Below are positions 28,954 through 38,772 of a stretch of DNA of 64,000 bases, one piece after another (positions within the stretch are counted from its first letter, which is position 1; each line of letters begins with the position of its first letter). A program made the translations under genes and the position numbers. Under the pieces are notes generated by a model. It was not told the origin of the DNA. It made no database searches and saw nothing but the letters and a program-made list of their open reading frames with translations. Origin of the DNA: Bacteriovoracia bacterium (GTDB lineage: Bacteria; Bdellovibrionota; UBA1018; CAIPTA01); NCBI GenBank assembly GCA_050246755.1, contig JBFWVL010000004.1, positions 198,512 through 262,511 on the forward strand, given 5' to 3'.

Positions 28954-31749
28954 ATGGAAACGTCTTCTCCGCAAAACGAAAACCAGAACGAAACTGAAAC
29001 CGAAGCGGCCAAGCCCGGAGCCGAAACGGTTAAGCCCGACGATATTCGCGCGAAGACCCCGATGGAGCATTGGCTAAAGCGCCAGTTTCCCGCCCATACG
29101 CTCAAAGGAATGCTCGAAGCAATCCGCCAATTGGAATCGGGCACCCCGGTTCCTTACCTGGCTTTTTTTGCCGGCGACCAAACGGGCGGCCTGAAGACCG
29201 AAGATTTATATAAGCTGCAGGATGCGCGCGCGGAGTGGGAAGAAGTTTCCCGCAAGCAGCAGCATATTCTTCAGGAAGTGCAGAGCCAGGGAAAACTCGA
29301 CGACGAACTCAAGCAGCAGATCGAGCGGAGCTCGGATTTAGATCGCCTCGAAGACGTTTTCGCTCCTTTCAAGCTGAAGCGCCAGACTTTGGGCGTGCAG
29401 GCGCGCGAAGCCGGCCTCGGCACGCTCGCGGATTACTTGTGGGACAAAGCCCATGGCAAAGAAGTGGCGGAAATTCCCGGTGATACGCTGGAGGCCAAAG
29501 CGGCACCTTTCGCCAAAGCCGATTCCAAATACGCCGATACTCCCGCGGTGCTCAAGGGCGTGCAGGATTTGCTCGTGGAGCGTATCGCCGAAGCCTTCGA
29601 GCTTCGCTCGCTCGTGCGTTCCACCGTGCTCCGCCGCTCGAAAATCCGCGCGGCTAAAGGCCCTAAAGCGAAACCAAAATCCAAATACGGCAAGTACTTC
29701 GAATACCAGGAGCCGATTGGTTCCCTCAAGAAGCCCAACGCCAGCCATCGCTACCTAGCCATGCGCCGGGGCTGGATGGAAGACGAATTGGTTCTTTCCT
29801 TCGAGCGTCCCGACGAAGGCATTCTCCTCGAAAAATTCGAAGAGTTCGCCTGCCCGCAAAAAGATTCTCCCGCGGCCGAGCTTTTGATTCAGGCCGCCCG
29901 CCTCGCCCTAAAGGGCAATGTGTATACGGTGATGGAAAATGAAGCGCACCGGCACCTCAAAGAGGAAGCCGAATTGCACGTGATGCAAACGCTGTCGGAG
30001 AATCTCCGTAAAAAGTTGCTGCGTCCGGGTCTCGGGCAAAAAGCCGTGATGGGAATCGATCCCGGCTCGGCGAATCACCCCTGCTCCCTCGCGCTCGTGG
30101 ACCAAACCGGCAAGCTCCTGCTGAACCTGCCCTTCAAGCTCGAGGAAGCCACCGATTCCAATAAGCAGGAATTCCTCTCTTCACTCGAGAGCCTGAAAAT
30201 CGAAGCGATCGCGGTGGCTCACGGCCCCCGTTCGAAAGAAGTTCGCGAGAGCTTTAAGAAGATGCTCGAAGAGTCGGGAAAAAATCTGCCGATCATCACC
30301 GTGCACGAGCATACCTCTAGCATTTATTCTTCGAGCCCCGCGGCGAAGGAAGAGTTCCCTAGCCTGGAAGTGAATGCCCGTCGCGCGATTTTCGTGGCCC
30401 GCTATCTCCAGGATCCGCTGAGCATGATCCTCAAGCTCGATCCCAAGTTCCTGAGCCTCGGTGAATTTCAGCACGAGGTGAGCCAAAGCAAGCTACGCCA
30501 GGCCCTGAACCGCACCATCGAATCGGCGGTGAATTTCGTGGGCGTAGACCCAAATACCGCTCCCGCGCACGTGCTCGCACACGTGTCAGGTATCAGCCAG
30601 GATTTGGCGAAAGCCATCGTGCAGAACCGAGAAGCCAACGGAAAATTCTCTTCCCGAGAAGATCTCAAGCGCGTGCCGGGTTTGGCCGCTAAGTTCGACC
30701 AAGCCGCCGGTTTCCTGCGCATCATGGACAGTAAAGAGAAGCTTGATACCACCTTCATTCATCCGTGCTACTACGCGCCGCTGAAGGAGTTGGCGAAGGC
30801 GCATGGGGCCGAAGATCCGCTGGCGCTCTCTCTCGAGCAAAAGAACGCGCTCCTCGCCGATGAAAAAGCCCTCGCAGCGTTTGGCGCGGCCAATACGAAA
30901 AATATCGGCTACGAGCTTTCTCATCCGGGAGAAGATCCCCGCGGCCCGTTCGTGTCCTTCGAGTACGATCCTTCCCTCAAATCGATCGCCGATTTGAAAA
31001 AGGGCGTGGCTTACTCCGGCGTGGTCACCAACGTTACGAGCTTCGGTGCCTTCGTGGACATCGGTATCGAGCAAGATGGCCTCGTGCATATTTCCGAGCT
31101 TTCGGAATCGCTCGTGAAGAATCCATTCGATTTGCTCTTTCCCGGCGATCCCCTCACCGTTTGGGTGGGTGCCGTAAACGAAGAGAAAAAGCAAATCTCG
31201 CTCACGATGCGCGATCCCTCGGCCCGTCCCGCACGCCAGCCCCGCGGAGACCGCCGTCCCCGTTCGGGAGATCGTCCGCCCCGTGGACGCGGCCCCCGCC
31301 CGGATCAGCGTTCAAATTCGGGAGCCGAAGGCGGAGCGCCTAGTGGCGAACGTCCGCAGCGTCAGTTTCGTGGCCGTCCTCCGCGTGGTCCCGGCGGACC
31401 CGTTGCCCCTGGGGCCGAAGGTGAAGGTGGTGATCAGCGTCGTGGTCGTTTCCGCGGCCGAGATGGCGAGCGCGGCCCGGGCGGCGATCGTCCGCAAGGC
31501 GATGGTCCCAGAGGTCCGGGTGGCCCTGGAGGCGAACGCAAAGGCCGGCCGGATAAAGATCGTAAGCCGAAGAAACCAATGCGCGATTCCAAAACGGGCG
31601 CGATCGTTAAGCTCGACGACGAATACGGCAAGGCCGATCGCAGCGGGCCAAAAGTGGCCGCGAAAGCCAAGCCCCATACTTTCAATCCCTTCGCTAATTT
31701 GGCGGATATCCTGAAAGATAAAAGCGGAAAAAATAAGCAGGAAGAATAG
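28954..31749 (+). CDS. tex: Tex-family RNA-binding protein (YqgF, HhH, S1 domains) with long R/G/P-rich tail
   Basis: VPY(L)A, LEDVFAPFK, SHRYLAMRRG, GIDPG, LQDPL, S1 motif GVVTNVTSFGAFVDIG..DGLVHISEL. Confidence 0.85.
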   Translation: METSSPQNENQNETETEAAKPGAETVKPDDIRAKTPMEHWLKRQFPAHTLKGMLEAIRQLESGTPVPYLAFFAGDQTGGLKTEDLYKLQDARAEWEEVSRKQQHILQEVQSQGKLDDELKQQIERSSDLDRLEDVFAPFKLKRQTLGVQAREAGLGTLADYLWDKAHGKEVAEIPGDTLEAKAAPFAKADSKYADTPAVLKGVQDLLVERIAEAFELRSLVRSTVLRRSKIRAAKGPKAKPKSKYGKYFEYQEPIGSLKKPNASHRYLAMRRGWMEDELVLSFERPDEGILLEKFEEFACPQKDSPAAELLIQAARLALKGNVYTVMENEAHRHLKEEAELHVMQTLSENLRKKLLRPGLGQKAVMGIDPGSANHPCSLALVDQTGKLLLNLPFKLEEATDSNKQEFLSSLESLKIEAIAVAHGPRSKEVRESFKKMLEESGKNLPIITVHEHTSSIYSSSPAAKEEFPSLEVNARRAIFVARYLQDPLSMILKLDPKFLSLGEFQHEVSQSKLRQALNRTIESAVNFVGVDPNTAPAHVLAHVSGISQDLAKAIVQNREANGKFSSREDLKRVPGLAAKFDQAAGFLRIMDSKEKLDTTFIHPCYYAPLKELAKAHGAEDPLALSLEQKNALLADEKALAAFGAANTKNIGYELSHPGEDPRGPFVSFEYDPSLKSIADLKKGVAYSGVVTNVTSFGAFVDIGIEQDGLVHISELSESLVKNPFDLLFPGDPLTVWVGAVNEEKKQISLTMRDPSARPARQPRGDRRPRSGDRPPRGRGPRPDQRSNSGAEGGAPSGERPQRQFRGRPPRGPGGPVAPGAEGEGGDQRRGRFRGRDGERGPGGDRPQGDGPRGPGGPGGERKGRPDKDRKPKKPMRDSKTGAIVKLDDEYGKADRSGPKVAAKAKPHTFNPFANLADILKDKSGKNKQEE

Positions 31750-32975
31750 TGGGACTAGTCTACCAAGGGCAGGAGCTGCAGTTTGGGGAGGATCAGAAGA
31801 TCTCCCTGCCGGCCCTCGTAGCTAAGCACGGATCCGAGCCTTTTTACCTCTATGATCTCGACGGCATGCGCACCCGTGTGCGCACGCTGAAGAAAGTATT
31901 TCCCGGGATCCAGCCCCACTACGCCATGAAGGCCAACGGCGCCAAGCGCGTGCTGCGCACTTTTCTCGATGAGAAAATCGGCGTCGACGTAGTGAGCGGC
32001 GGCGAGATCAAGCTGGCCCTCGCGGCCGGATTCCAGGGCAAAGACATTATCTTTTCCGGCGTGGGAAAATCCCGGGCGGAGATCGAGCTCGCCATCGGCC
32101 GCGAGATTCGCCAGATCAATATCGAAAGCCCCGAAGAATTGAAACGCATCATCGAGATGGCCAAGGCCGCGGGGAAAAAACCGCGCGTAGCCTTCCGAAT
32201 TAATCCCGACGTGGATCCCAAAACCCATCCTTATATCGCCACTGGGTTCCGCGAGAACAAGTTCGGCATGGGCGAGCATTTCGTGCCGGAGCTGAGGGAA
32301 ATTTTAAAAACTTTCGGCCATAGCGTGGAACTGGTTGGCCTTACCCTCCACATCGGATCCCAGCTGCGGGATTTACGCCCGCTCGAGGACGCGATCCAGA
32401 AAACGCTCCCACTATACGAAGTATTCAAAAAAGACGGGCATCCCCTGCGCACCTTCGATATCGGCGGCGGCGTGGGTATTTCCTACGAGGAAGAGCACCG
32501 CGATCCCCCTAGAGATCTCGAGCTCCTCGAGGGGTATGGGCAACTGCTCCGGCGCGCCCTGAAGGGATTCTCGGGAGAGATTCTCTGCGAGCCCGGCCGG
32601 ATCCTCGTCGGCTCCTGCGGAACTTTGGTGAGCGAGGTCCAGTACGTGAAGGAAACTCCCGACCGCGCCTTCCTCATCGTGAATACCGGCATCCACCATT
32701 TAATTCGCCCGGCCCTCTACCAGGCAATGCACCGGATCTTGCCCGTGCAATTGCATCCGGGCCGCCCGAGAAAAATCTACGATATCGTGGGCCCGATTTG
32801 CGAATCGTCCGATGTGCTCGGTAAGCAAAGAGAATTTCAGCAAACCTTCGCGGGCGAGTCCCTCGCGATCGCCGATGCCGGGGCTTACGGCTATTCCATG
32901 GCCAGCACCTATAACGAGCACGAAATGCCCACCGAATATTTTTGGGAAAAGGGCCAACTCAGCCGCGGAGAATAA
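31749..32975 (+). CDS. lysA: Diaminopimelate decarboxylase
   Basis: YAMKAN, HIGSQ, DIGGG, EPGR, GPICESSD, GAYG. Confidence 0.96.
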   Translation: MGLVYQGQELQFGEDQKISLPALVAKHGSEPFYLYDLDGMRTRVRTLKKVFPGIQPHYAMKANGAKRVLRTFLDEKIGVDVVSGGEIKLALAAGFQGKDIIFSGVGKSRAEIELAIGREIRQINIESPEELKRIIEMAKAAGKKPRVAFRINPDVDPKTHPYIATGFRENKFGMGEHFVPELREILKTFGHSVELVGLTLHIGSQLRDLRPLEDAIQKTLPLYEVFKKDGHPLRTFDIGGGVGISYEEEHRDPPRDLELLEGYGQLLRRALKGFSGEILCEPGRILVGSCGTLVSEVQYVKETPDRAFLIVNTGIHHLIRPALYQAMHRILPVQLHPGRPRKIYDIVGPICESSDVLGKQREFQQTFAGESLAIADAGAYGYSMASTYNEHEMPTEYFWEKGQLSRGE

Positions 32976-32976
32976 G

Positions 32977-33372
32977 ATGGCGTCCGTATTTACTAAAATC
33001 ATTCGTAACGAGCTCCCCGCATACCGGATCTTCGAGAACGACTTGGTGATTTCCTTTCTCACCATCGATCCCATCCGCGGCGGCCATACCCTAGTGGTGC
33101 CGAAAACCGAGGTGGATTCCTTCATGGACGTGAGCAGTCCGGAATACCAGGAGGTATTTCGCGTGGCGCAGATGATCGGGAAAGCGATCAAAACCGTTAC
33201 CGGTTGCGAGCGCGTGGGATTAGCCGTACAGGGATTTGAAGTGCGTCATTTTCATCTGCACCTGATTCCGATGATGAGCCCCGCAGATTTCGATTTCAAG
33301 AAAGCCACCCGCATGGCACCGGCCGAGCTCGAGGAATTTCAGAAAAAAATTAAAGCCAAGCTGCGCGACTAG
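32977..33372 (+). CDS. HIT family nucleotide hydrolase
   Basis: SVFTKII, GHTLVVPK, HFHLH triad; start at ATG 32977. Confidence 0.93.
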   Translation: MASVFTKIIRNELPAYRIFENDLVISFLTIDPIRGGHTLVVPKTEVDSFMDVSSPEYQEVFRVAQMIGKAIKTVTGCERVGLAVQGFEVRHFHLHLIPMMSPADFDFKKATRMAPAELEEFQKKIKAKLRD

Positions 33373-33376
33373 TCAG

Positions 33377-35062
33377 TCACATTTTTTTCACCAAGGCATA
33401 TTGTATTTTCCGGCTTTCGGTATTTACCGAGAAGCTTCCTATTTTTGCGAATCTCTCTCTCTCGGAATTTACGTATTCCGCCGCGAGTTTTTCGGGGTTG
33501 AGCATTTGGCCTTTCCGGGAAGAAGTAAGATCCACGATGAAGAAATTCTGGGAAATATTCGGGACGGCCGAAAATTTCCAATCGGTTTTCAGTTCCGCGC
33601 TGCGCAAGCGGAAATCTAAATGAATATTAGGGACTTCGCTGGAATCGTTGACGAGCGCGAAATCGCCCGCGTTCTTGTCGGGCAAGAGAAGAAAAACCTG
33701 CTCGGCCAGGGTTTTTCCCAAATAAAATCTGGTCTGGACAGGCATAGAATAAATGCTTTTTTCGTGCCAGCGGCTCGACTGCAAAAAAGGCGGTATGCCT
33801 GGAACTACGAATCGCGAGTACGCCAGCAGCTGAGAAGTTAAAGCGGCGGCTAAGGTAAGCCGGAAAAGGAGCCGGGGTACTTCGATCTGGTCCAGCGTCA
33901 CGTAGAGCGAGGCTAGGCCAAGGTAAAAATATCCGGCGAGGTAGCGGTCAAAGCAGAAACGAGTAACCGGATTACGCGTGAGGCAAATAGCGGAAACTCC
34001 CAACGCAAGAATAAAGCACGCGCCAATAAAAACAGCAGATTGACGAAAAGAAATTTTTCCCGCCGCGAGAAATCCAAGCGCCAAAAGTAATAGCAAGAGG
34101 CCATGCGGGCCGAGAAAGGAATAAGCTACGTTTTCTATTAGCCAGGCGTTGGATCCGCTCCACTCCGCGGGAACCGCCTCATAGTTGTTTTTCGTGGCAT
34201 AAGAAAACCAGTTCACGATGTCAAATAAGTGCGGAAGGTTCCAAAGCGCGCTCAATCCCAAAGGAATGAACACGGACTCCGCATATTTGTATTTCACGCC
34301 AATGCTTCGGCCAAATACCATCGCCGCGGCCAATAAGAAAAATGGTGAGAAAAGCCAGAGCCAGCCGTAGTGGAGAGGAAAGACCCACCCTATCCATGCG
34401 GCGAGGGCCACCAAGAGAGAAATCGTCAGTAATAGCTCTCGGCCCCGCAGTTCATTATGAGAAAAGCGGAAAATTCCCACCAAGTACTGGGTAGCCACAA
34501 ATAGCGCAGTGCCTTCTATCGGGCGAAGAGTCATGGCTAGCGCAGAGAAAAAATAAAAGCCCCAGCTGCGCTTCGTCAAATAAAAATAAAGTGAAGCCGC
34601 AATGAAGGTGAGTAAAGGGATTTGAGGCATCAGCGTTAAGCTGAAAGAGAAGAAAATGGGAGCCGTCAAGATCAACTGACTAGAGAGGAAGACGGTAATC
34701 CGGCTTTTTATGAAATGGGATAATAGTAGGTAGGTGAAATAAGCGAAGATCCCAAAGAAAAACAAACCGAAGAGCCTGTTGCTCGCGAGTGCATCCCATT
34801 CAGTTACGGCCAAAAATGGAATACCCAGAAAAGATAGGATGGACGGCCGCGGGCTCGAAGCGAAGTAAATCCTAGGCAGCCCGGCAAGGCCCTCCATACC
34901 CAAGACTCGGAGCTGGTGGGCCGCCAAAATCCAGTATTCCGAATCGTCGGATCCGGACCATAACGGCGTAAGGCGCTGCCAGGACCATAAGATCGTCAGT
35001 CCGGGTGCCATGGCTAGTGCGCCGAAGATACATTCAGAAAGCTTTGAGCGAAGAAAATTCAT
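33377..35062 (-). CDS. GT-C fold (GT39/GT83-like) polytopic membrane glycosyltransferase, paralog of the adjacent gene
   Basis: DD..Y motif after TM1 (SDDSEYW), RP motif, DRY near the C-terminal TMs, about 12 TM segments. Confidence 0.65.
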   Translation of the reverse strand: MNFLRSKLSECIFGALAMAPGLTILWSWQRLTPLWSGSDDSEYWILAAHQLRVLGMEGLAGLPRIYFASSPRPSILSFLGIPFLAVTEWDALASNRLFGLFFFGIFAYFTYLLLSHFIKSRITVFLSSQLILTAPIFFSFSLTLMPQIPLLTFIAASLYFYLTKRSWGFYFFSALAMTLRPIEGTALFVATQYLVGIFRFSHNELRGRELLLTISLLVALAAWIGWVFPLHYGWLWLFSPFFLLAAAMVFGRSIGVKYKYAESVFIPLGLSALWNLPHLFDIVNWFSYATKNNYEAVPAEWSGSNAWLIENVAYSFLGPHGLLLLLLALGFLAAGKISFRQSAVFIGACFILALGVSAICLTRNPVTRFCFDRYLAGYFYLGLASLYVTLDQIEVPRLLFRLTLAAALTSQLLAYSRFVVPGIPPFLQSSRWHEKSIYSMPVQTRFYLGKTLAEQVFLLLPDKNAGDFALVNDSSEVPNIHLDFRLRSAELKTDWKFSAVPNISQNFFIVDLTSSRKGQMLNPEKLAAEYVNSERERFAKIGSFSVNTESRKIQYALVKKM

Positions 35063-35063
35063 T

Positions 35064-36731
35064 TTACCTGGGGTTCCGAGCAGAGGCTTTTAGCAGCGCG
35101 TAGGTTTTCTTCTGCTGATTTCGTTCCAACGAAAAATCCGCGATGAATTTTGTTCCGGGAAAAGGAACCGGTCTATTCACTTCCCTGGCCACGATCCAAT
35201 AGTCGGCTTCGCTAACCTCCTCTACCAGGCGCCAATCTTTCGAGCGTTCCATGCTTCTTAGCCGAAAATCGAGCTCGGTATACGCGGCTTGTGATCCGTC
35301 GTTCACTAAGGCAAAGCGGAGCCGCGAAGGAACGTCTTCGAGCGGGAGGGCATCGAATAACGATTTTCCCCAGTGCTCCCGCCCCGGCGAGGATAGCGCA
35401 TAGAAGCTGGCTTGGTACCAGGCGCCGAGCTTATCCGCCGGCAAACGCAGGGGCAGGTAAGCGTCGAGGAAGACGAGTAGTTGCATCCCTAGGGCGAGAG
35501 AGGAAATGCAGGCTACGGCGCAGCGTTCGCGGCGCGTTCCGGTGTCCGCCAGGAGAGCAAATAGCGGTAGTAAAAATAGAAAAAAGTAACCGAGCAAATA
35601 GCGGCCGAACAGATCGCGTTCCAGCGCGTTACCTAGCTGGAAAATGCCGAGGGTTGCCGCCAGCACCAAGAATATTCCTCCGAGAACGCCCGGAAGGTGA
35701 GATCGTCTCCGCTTCGAGAAAAGAAAGAACATGCCTAGAGCAGCGAGGGCGAGGCCCTGCCAGCCAAGAAATAAGGAAATTTCCCGGAGAGAGAACTGGA
35801 AAAAATTTTCCTTCGCTACCGCCGGCGCGTAGCCGTCCGCATCCGCTCGGCCAACGATTCTCGCCCAGTGCACTACGTTCAGCAGATGAGGGGCGAGCCA
35901 TATTCCGGCCAGCCCCACCGGCAGCAGCAGGGAGTCGGCGTAAGAAAACGTTTTTTTTAGCATTCGGCTCGCCAAGAAGTAGAGCGCAATTCCGGCCGAG
36001 GGCCAAAAGTAGTGCCAGAGAAAATAGATATTGGGATTGAAGGTGGCGAAAAGAAAGTACGCTGCGCCGGCGAGGTAGAGGCCGGGCAGAGCCACTTCGA
36101 TGCCTTTCACCTTCCCTACCCTCCAGAGATAGATTCCGCGTAGGCCTTGCCAGCCCAGAAACAGGCTCAGGCCTTCGAGCGCCCGGATGGAAATGGCGAG
36201 GGCCGCACAGGCGGCGAATGATTTTGTGAGCCCCCGTAAGTGAAAATAAATGGCCAGCGCTATGGCACAAAGGAAAGGAAGCTCGGATAAGAAAGCCTGC
36301 GCCGTTACGAAGTAGAAAGGATTGGTTACGATTAGCTGCGTGAAGAGCAGGGCAAACCAGGGGCGTCGCGTGAGCGTGAAAAGAATTTTATAGGTGCCGG
36401 CGGCAAAAAACGGGAAAAAGAAAATGCCGAAGATACGATTCGCCAGCAAGATATTTTTTCCCGTGATGGCCAGGATGGGAACGCCGATAAATGGCTGGAT
36501 ATTCGGGCGGTAATACTGGGATACCGATAAAAAAATTTCCGGAACTACGGAAAGCCCTCTCTCCCGCAAGAGATCTAAGTAATGCCCGGAAGCGAGCCAG
36601 TATTCGGCGTCGTCGGCTCCGGCCCAAAAGGGAACTTTGCTTTGCCAAATCAGCAAAAGCAGCAGCGTCGGAATGGCGGCCGCGAGGGTGAAGAGGCAAT
36701 CACGCCAAAAAAGAGGACGGAGGGAGGGCAA
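35064..36731 (-). CDS. GT-C fold (GT39/GT83-like) polytopic membrane glycosyltransferase
   Basis: ADDAEYW after TM1, YRP, FLSELP, GRY motifs; TTG start. Confidence 0.68.
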   Translation of the reverse strand: MPSLRPLFWRDCLFTLAAAIPTLLLLLIWQSKVPFWAGADDAEYWLASGHYLDLLRERGLSVVPEIFLSVSQYYRPNIQPFIGVPILAITGKNILLANRIFGIFFFPFFAAGTYKILFTLTRRPWFALLFTQLIVTNPFYFVTAQAFLSELPFLCAIALAIYFHLRGLTKSFAACAALAISIRALEGLSLFLGWQGLRGIYLWRVGKVKGIEVALPGLYLAGAAYFLFATFNPNIYFLWHYFWPSAGIALYFLASRMLKKTFSYADSLLLPVGLAGIWLAPHLLNVVHWARIVGRADADGYAPAVAKENFFQFSLREISLFLGWQGLALAALGMFFLFSKRRRSHLPGVLGGIFLVLAATLGIFQLGNALERDLFGRYLLGYFFLFLLPLFALLADTGTRRERCAVACISSLALGMQLLVFLDAYLPLRLPADKLGAWYQASFYALSSPGREHWGKSLFDALPLEDVPSRLRFALVNDGSQAAYTELDFRLRSMERSKDWRLVEEVSEADYWIVAREVNRPVPFPGTKFIADFSLERNQQKKTYALLKASARNPR

Positions 36732-36734
36732 AAA

Positions 36735-36908
36735 TTAATCGAATTTAATTTTTAGCGCGTATACGTTCACGAGTACGCTGAAGAGAAAGCCGATCACGCC
36801 ACCGATGATTTGGCCGAAATTATAGCCGATGAAGGTGGTAAGGAAGGCCAAAAAGCCCATTAAAAAATAGAAAGCGATTGGACGGCCCTGGGATTCGTTG
36901 GTTTGCAT
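36735..36908 (-). CDS. Small two-TM membrane protein, 57 aa (not in the ORF track)
   Basis: Read by hand: MQTNESQGRPIAFYFLMGFLAFLTTFIGYNFGQIIGGVIGFLFSVLVNVYALKIKFD; purine-rich GAGAGGG upstream; stop 3 nt before the next start. Confidence 0.65.
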   Translation of the reverse strand: MQTNESQGRPIAFYFLMGFLAFLTTFIGYNFGQIIGGVIGFLFSVLVNVYALKIKFD

Positions 36909-36969
36909 TTCTCTACCCTCTCACTTTTAGCGTTTGTTCCAAGATAAAACAGTTCTTCTCTAACTTCAA

Positions 36970-38772
36970 TTAACGCGATCGTTTGTGGGCGGCACCAGGT
37001 AAAATTTGAAGATTTGGTTTTACGCGCACCATATAAAAGTCCCGCTCCAGGCGGCTTAAATTTTGGGTATCCCAGGCTTCTTTCCAGGCTGGTTGTCCCG
37101 CCGCGTTTTTGCCTTTGGTCTTCCAGCGCTTCCAAGGCTCGATTTCCCAGATGGCGTTGGGATAGATCGGATCCAGATCCAAATGCATTTGCTGCAGCCA
37201 TTCTTCCCCGGGAACGAGGATGAGATCATTGGCATTCACCGCGCGCTTAAGGTCTTCGATCGTGAAGAGCCCGCGCGTTGGGTAAGGAATCATGAAGTTG
37301 AGGTAACCCCACTCGCTCCAGATATTACGCTGGAGGTTATAGTAACTGAGGTTGAGGCGTTCGCCATTTTTTGTGGCCGCGTAGATCCGGTCGCGGATAT
37401 CGATCATCTCCCGGTTTCCGAGTGTGGAGAGAAAAGTGCTGAAGGCCAGTAGAAACCAAATATACCTTCGCGCTAGCGCCGAAGGGCGGGCGGCCTGGAA
37501 GGTCACGCCTTCCCGCCAGAATCCACGGGCGGTAAGGATCGCGCCGATCCAGAGAACCGGAAGCTGCCAGCTCGGCCACCAAAACGGCATGGGATTAAAG
37601 CGCTGCACTACGTAGGTGAAGGCCAAAGGAATCACGAGGAGGAGAAAGGCCGTGAGCCCGAGGGCCGCCGAATAAAATTTCGTCCAGTTCGGTGCGCGCG
37701 TGGCCCAGATCGCGGCTAGCCAAACGATGATGCCGCCGATAATGGGAAGATCGTAGTTCTGCCCACGGTACGGATGATAGATGAAGAAGGCCACGCTGGG
37801 AATTACGAGCGAAACACCGAGGGCCACCAGGCGACGAGACCCCGGGGTGGACTGGACCGCGCGCTGGGGTCTCCAGCGCCGGGTCACGGCATCGGCGAAT
37901 GCCACAAAAGCCGGAAGCATCCAGGGCAGTAGGTAGTAGGAAAAAATCGGGATTACCGGGTAGTACCAGGAAGATCCGTTCGGTGGCTTCCAGAGAGTTT
38001 CTCGGTACACGTAGGTCATAATAAAATTTTCGCGGTCGATGAGAAAAGCGGGAGCGTAGCCGAGTGCGCAAACCGCGATTCCGCTGAGCGCCGCCGTCCA
38101 GGCCGAAGCGCTTTTCAGCCGAGGGAAAAGCTCTCCATTCCAGGCCCAGAAAATAATGGCCGTGCTTCCGAGCAGCACGCTGTGCAGCGGCGATTTCAGC
38201 CAGCCCAAAAGGCCGGCTACGAGCCAGAAGCGGAGGTCCCCTTTTCCCGGCCCGGCTCGGTCTAATAAATAGAGCCCGATGGCGAAGAAGGACGCCATCT
38301 CCACTTCCATCTGGCTAGCGAACATATGCGCGAAAATTCCCGCATTCAGCGCGAAGGCCGCGCCGGCCCAGAAAGCCCAGCCTTCGAATTCCCGCATTCG
38401 GTTTTGCACTAGCGAGCCGATCGCGGCCGCCCCGAGAATCACGAGCAATAAATTCATGTAGGTGGTGGCCCACATCGAGAAACCGAAAAAGGCCACGCCC
38501 GCGCGGAGCAAGAGATAATGTCCGGGGCCTTTATAATAGTTGGGGATTTCGCCGAGCGTCTGCACGAACCAATCGCCGTGCGCGATCATTTCCATCACTT
38601 GCGATACGTACACTTTATCGTCGCCCGCAGGGCGTACCATCCGGTCGCCAAGAAAGGGAACGTAGGCAACCAATAAAAATAGCGCCAGCATCTTCCAGCC
38701 GAAGACGGAGCTAGTAGAGGAAAAAAAAGAAATTCCAGAGCGGAATTTTCCGTCGTTAGTTTTACGTTCCAT
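36970..38772 (-). CDS. ArnT-like (GT83) lipid A/undecaprenyl-sugar glycosyltransferase
   Basis: DDKVY...EM...GDW....L...Y.KGP, LKSP, WYY..P..LLPW; start at ATG 38772 after GGAAGGA. Confidence 0.8.
   Translation of the reverse strand: MERKTNDGKFRSGISFFSSTSSVFGWKMLALFLLVAYVPFLGDRMVRPAGDDKVYVSQVMEMIAHGDWFVQTLGEIPNYYKGPGHYLLLRAGVAFFGFSMWATTYMNLLLVILGAAAIGSLVQNRMREFEGWAFWAGAAFALNAGIFAHMFASQMEVEMASFFAIGLYLLDRAGPGKGDLRFWLVAGLLGWLKSPLHSVLLGSTAIIFWAWNGELFPRLKSASAWTAALSGIAVCALGYAPAFLIDRENFIMTYVYRETLWKPPNGSSWYYPVIPIFSYYLLPWMLPAFVAFADAVTRRWRPQRAVQSTPGSRRLVALGVSLVIPSVAFFIYHPYRGQNYDLPIIGGIIVWLAAIWATRAPNWTKFYSAALGLTAFLLLVIPLAFTYVVQRFNPMPFWWPSWQLPVLWIGAILTARGFWREGVTFQAARPSALARRYIWFLLAFSTFLSTLGNREMIDIRDRIYAATKNGERLNLSYYNLQRNIWSEWGYLNFMIPYPTRGLFTIEDLKRAVNANDLILVPGEEWLQQMHLDLDPIYPNAIWEIEPWKRWKTKGKNAAGQPAWKEAWDTQNLSRLERDFYMVRVKPNLQILPGAAHKRSR

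Noticed and set aside
31220-31560. GC-rich quasi-repeats as a possible tandem array
   Set aside because: Explained by Arg/Gly/Pro codons of the Tex tail; no fixed-period DNA repeat
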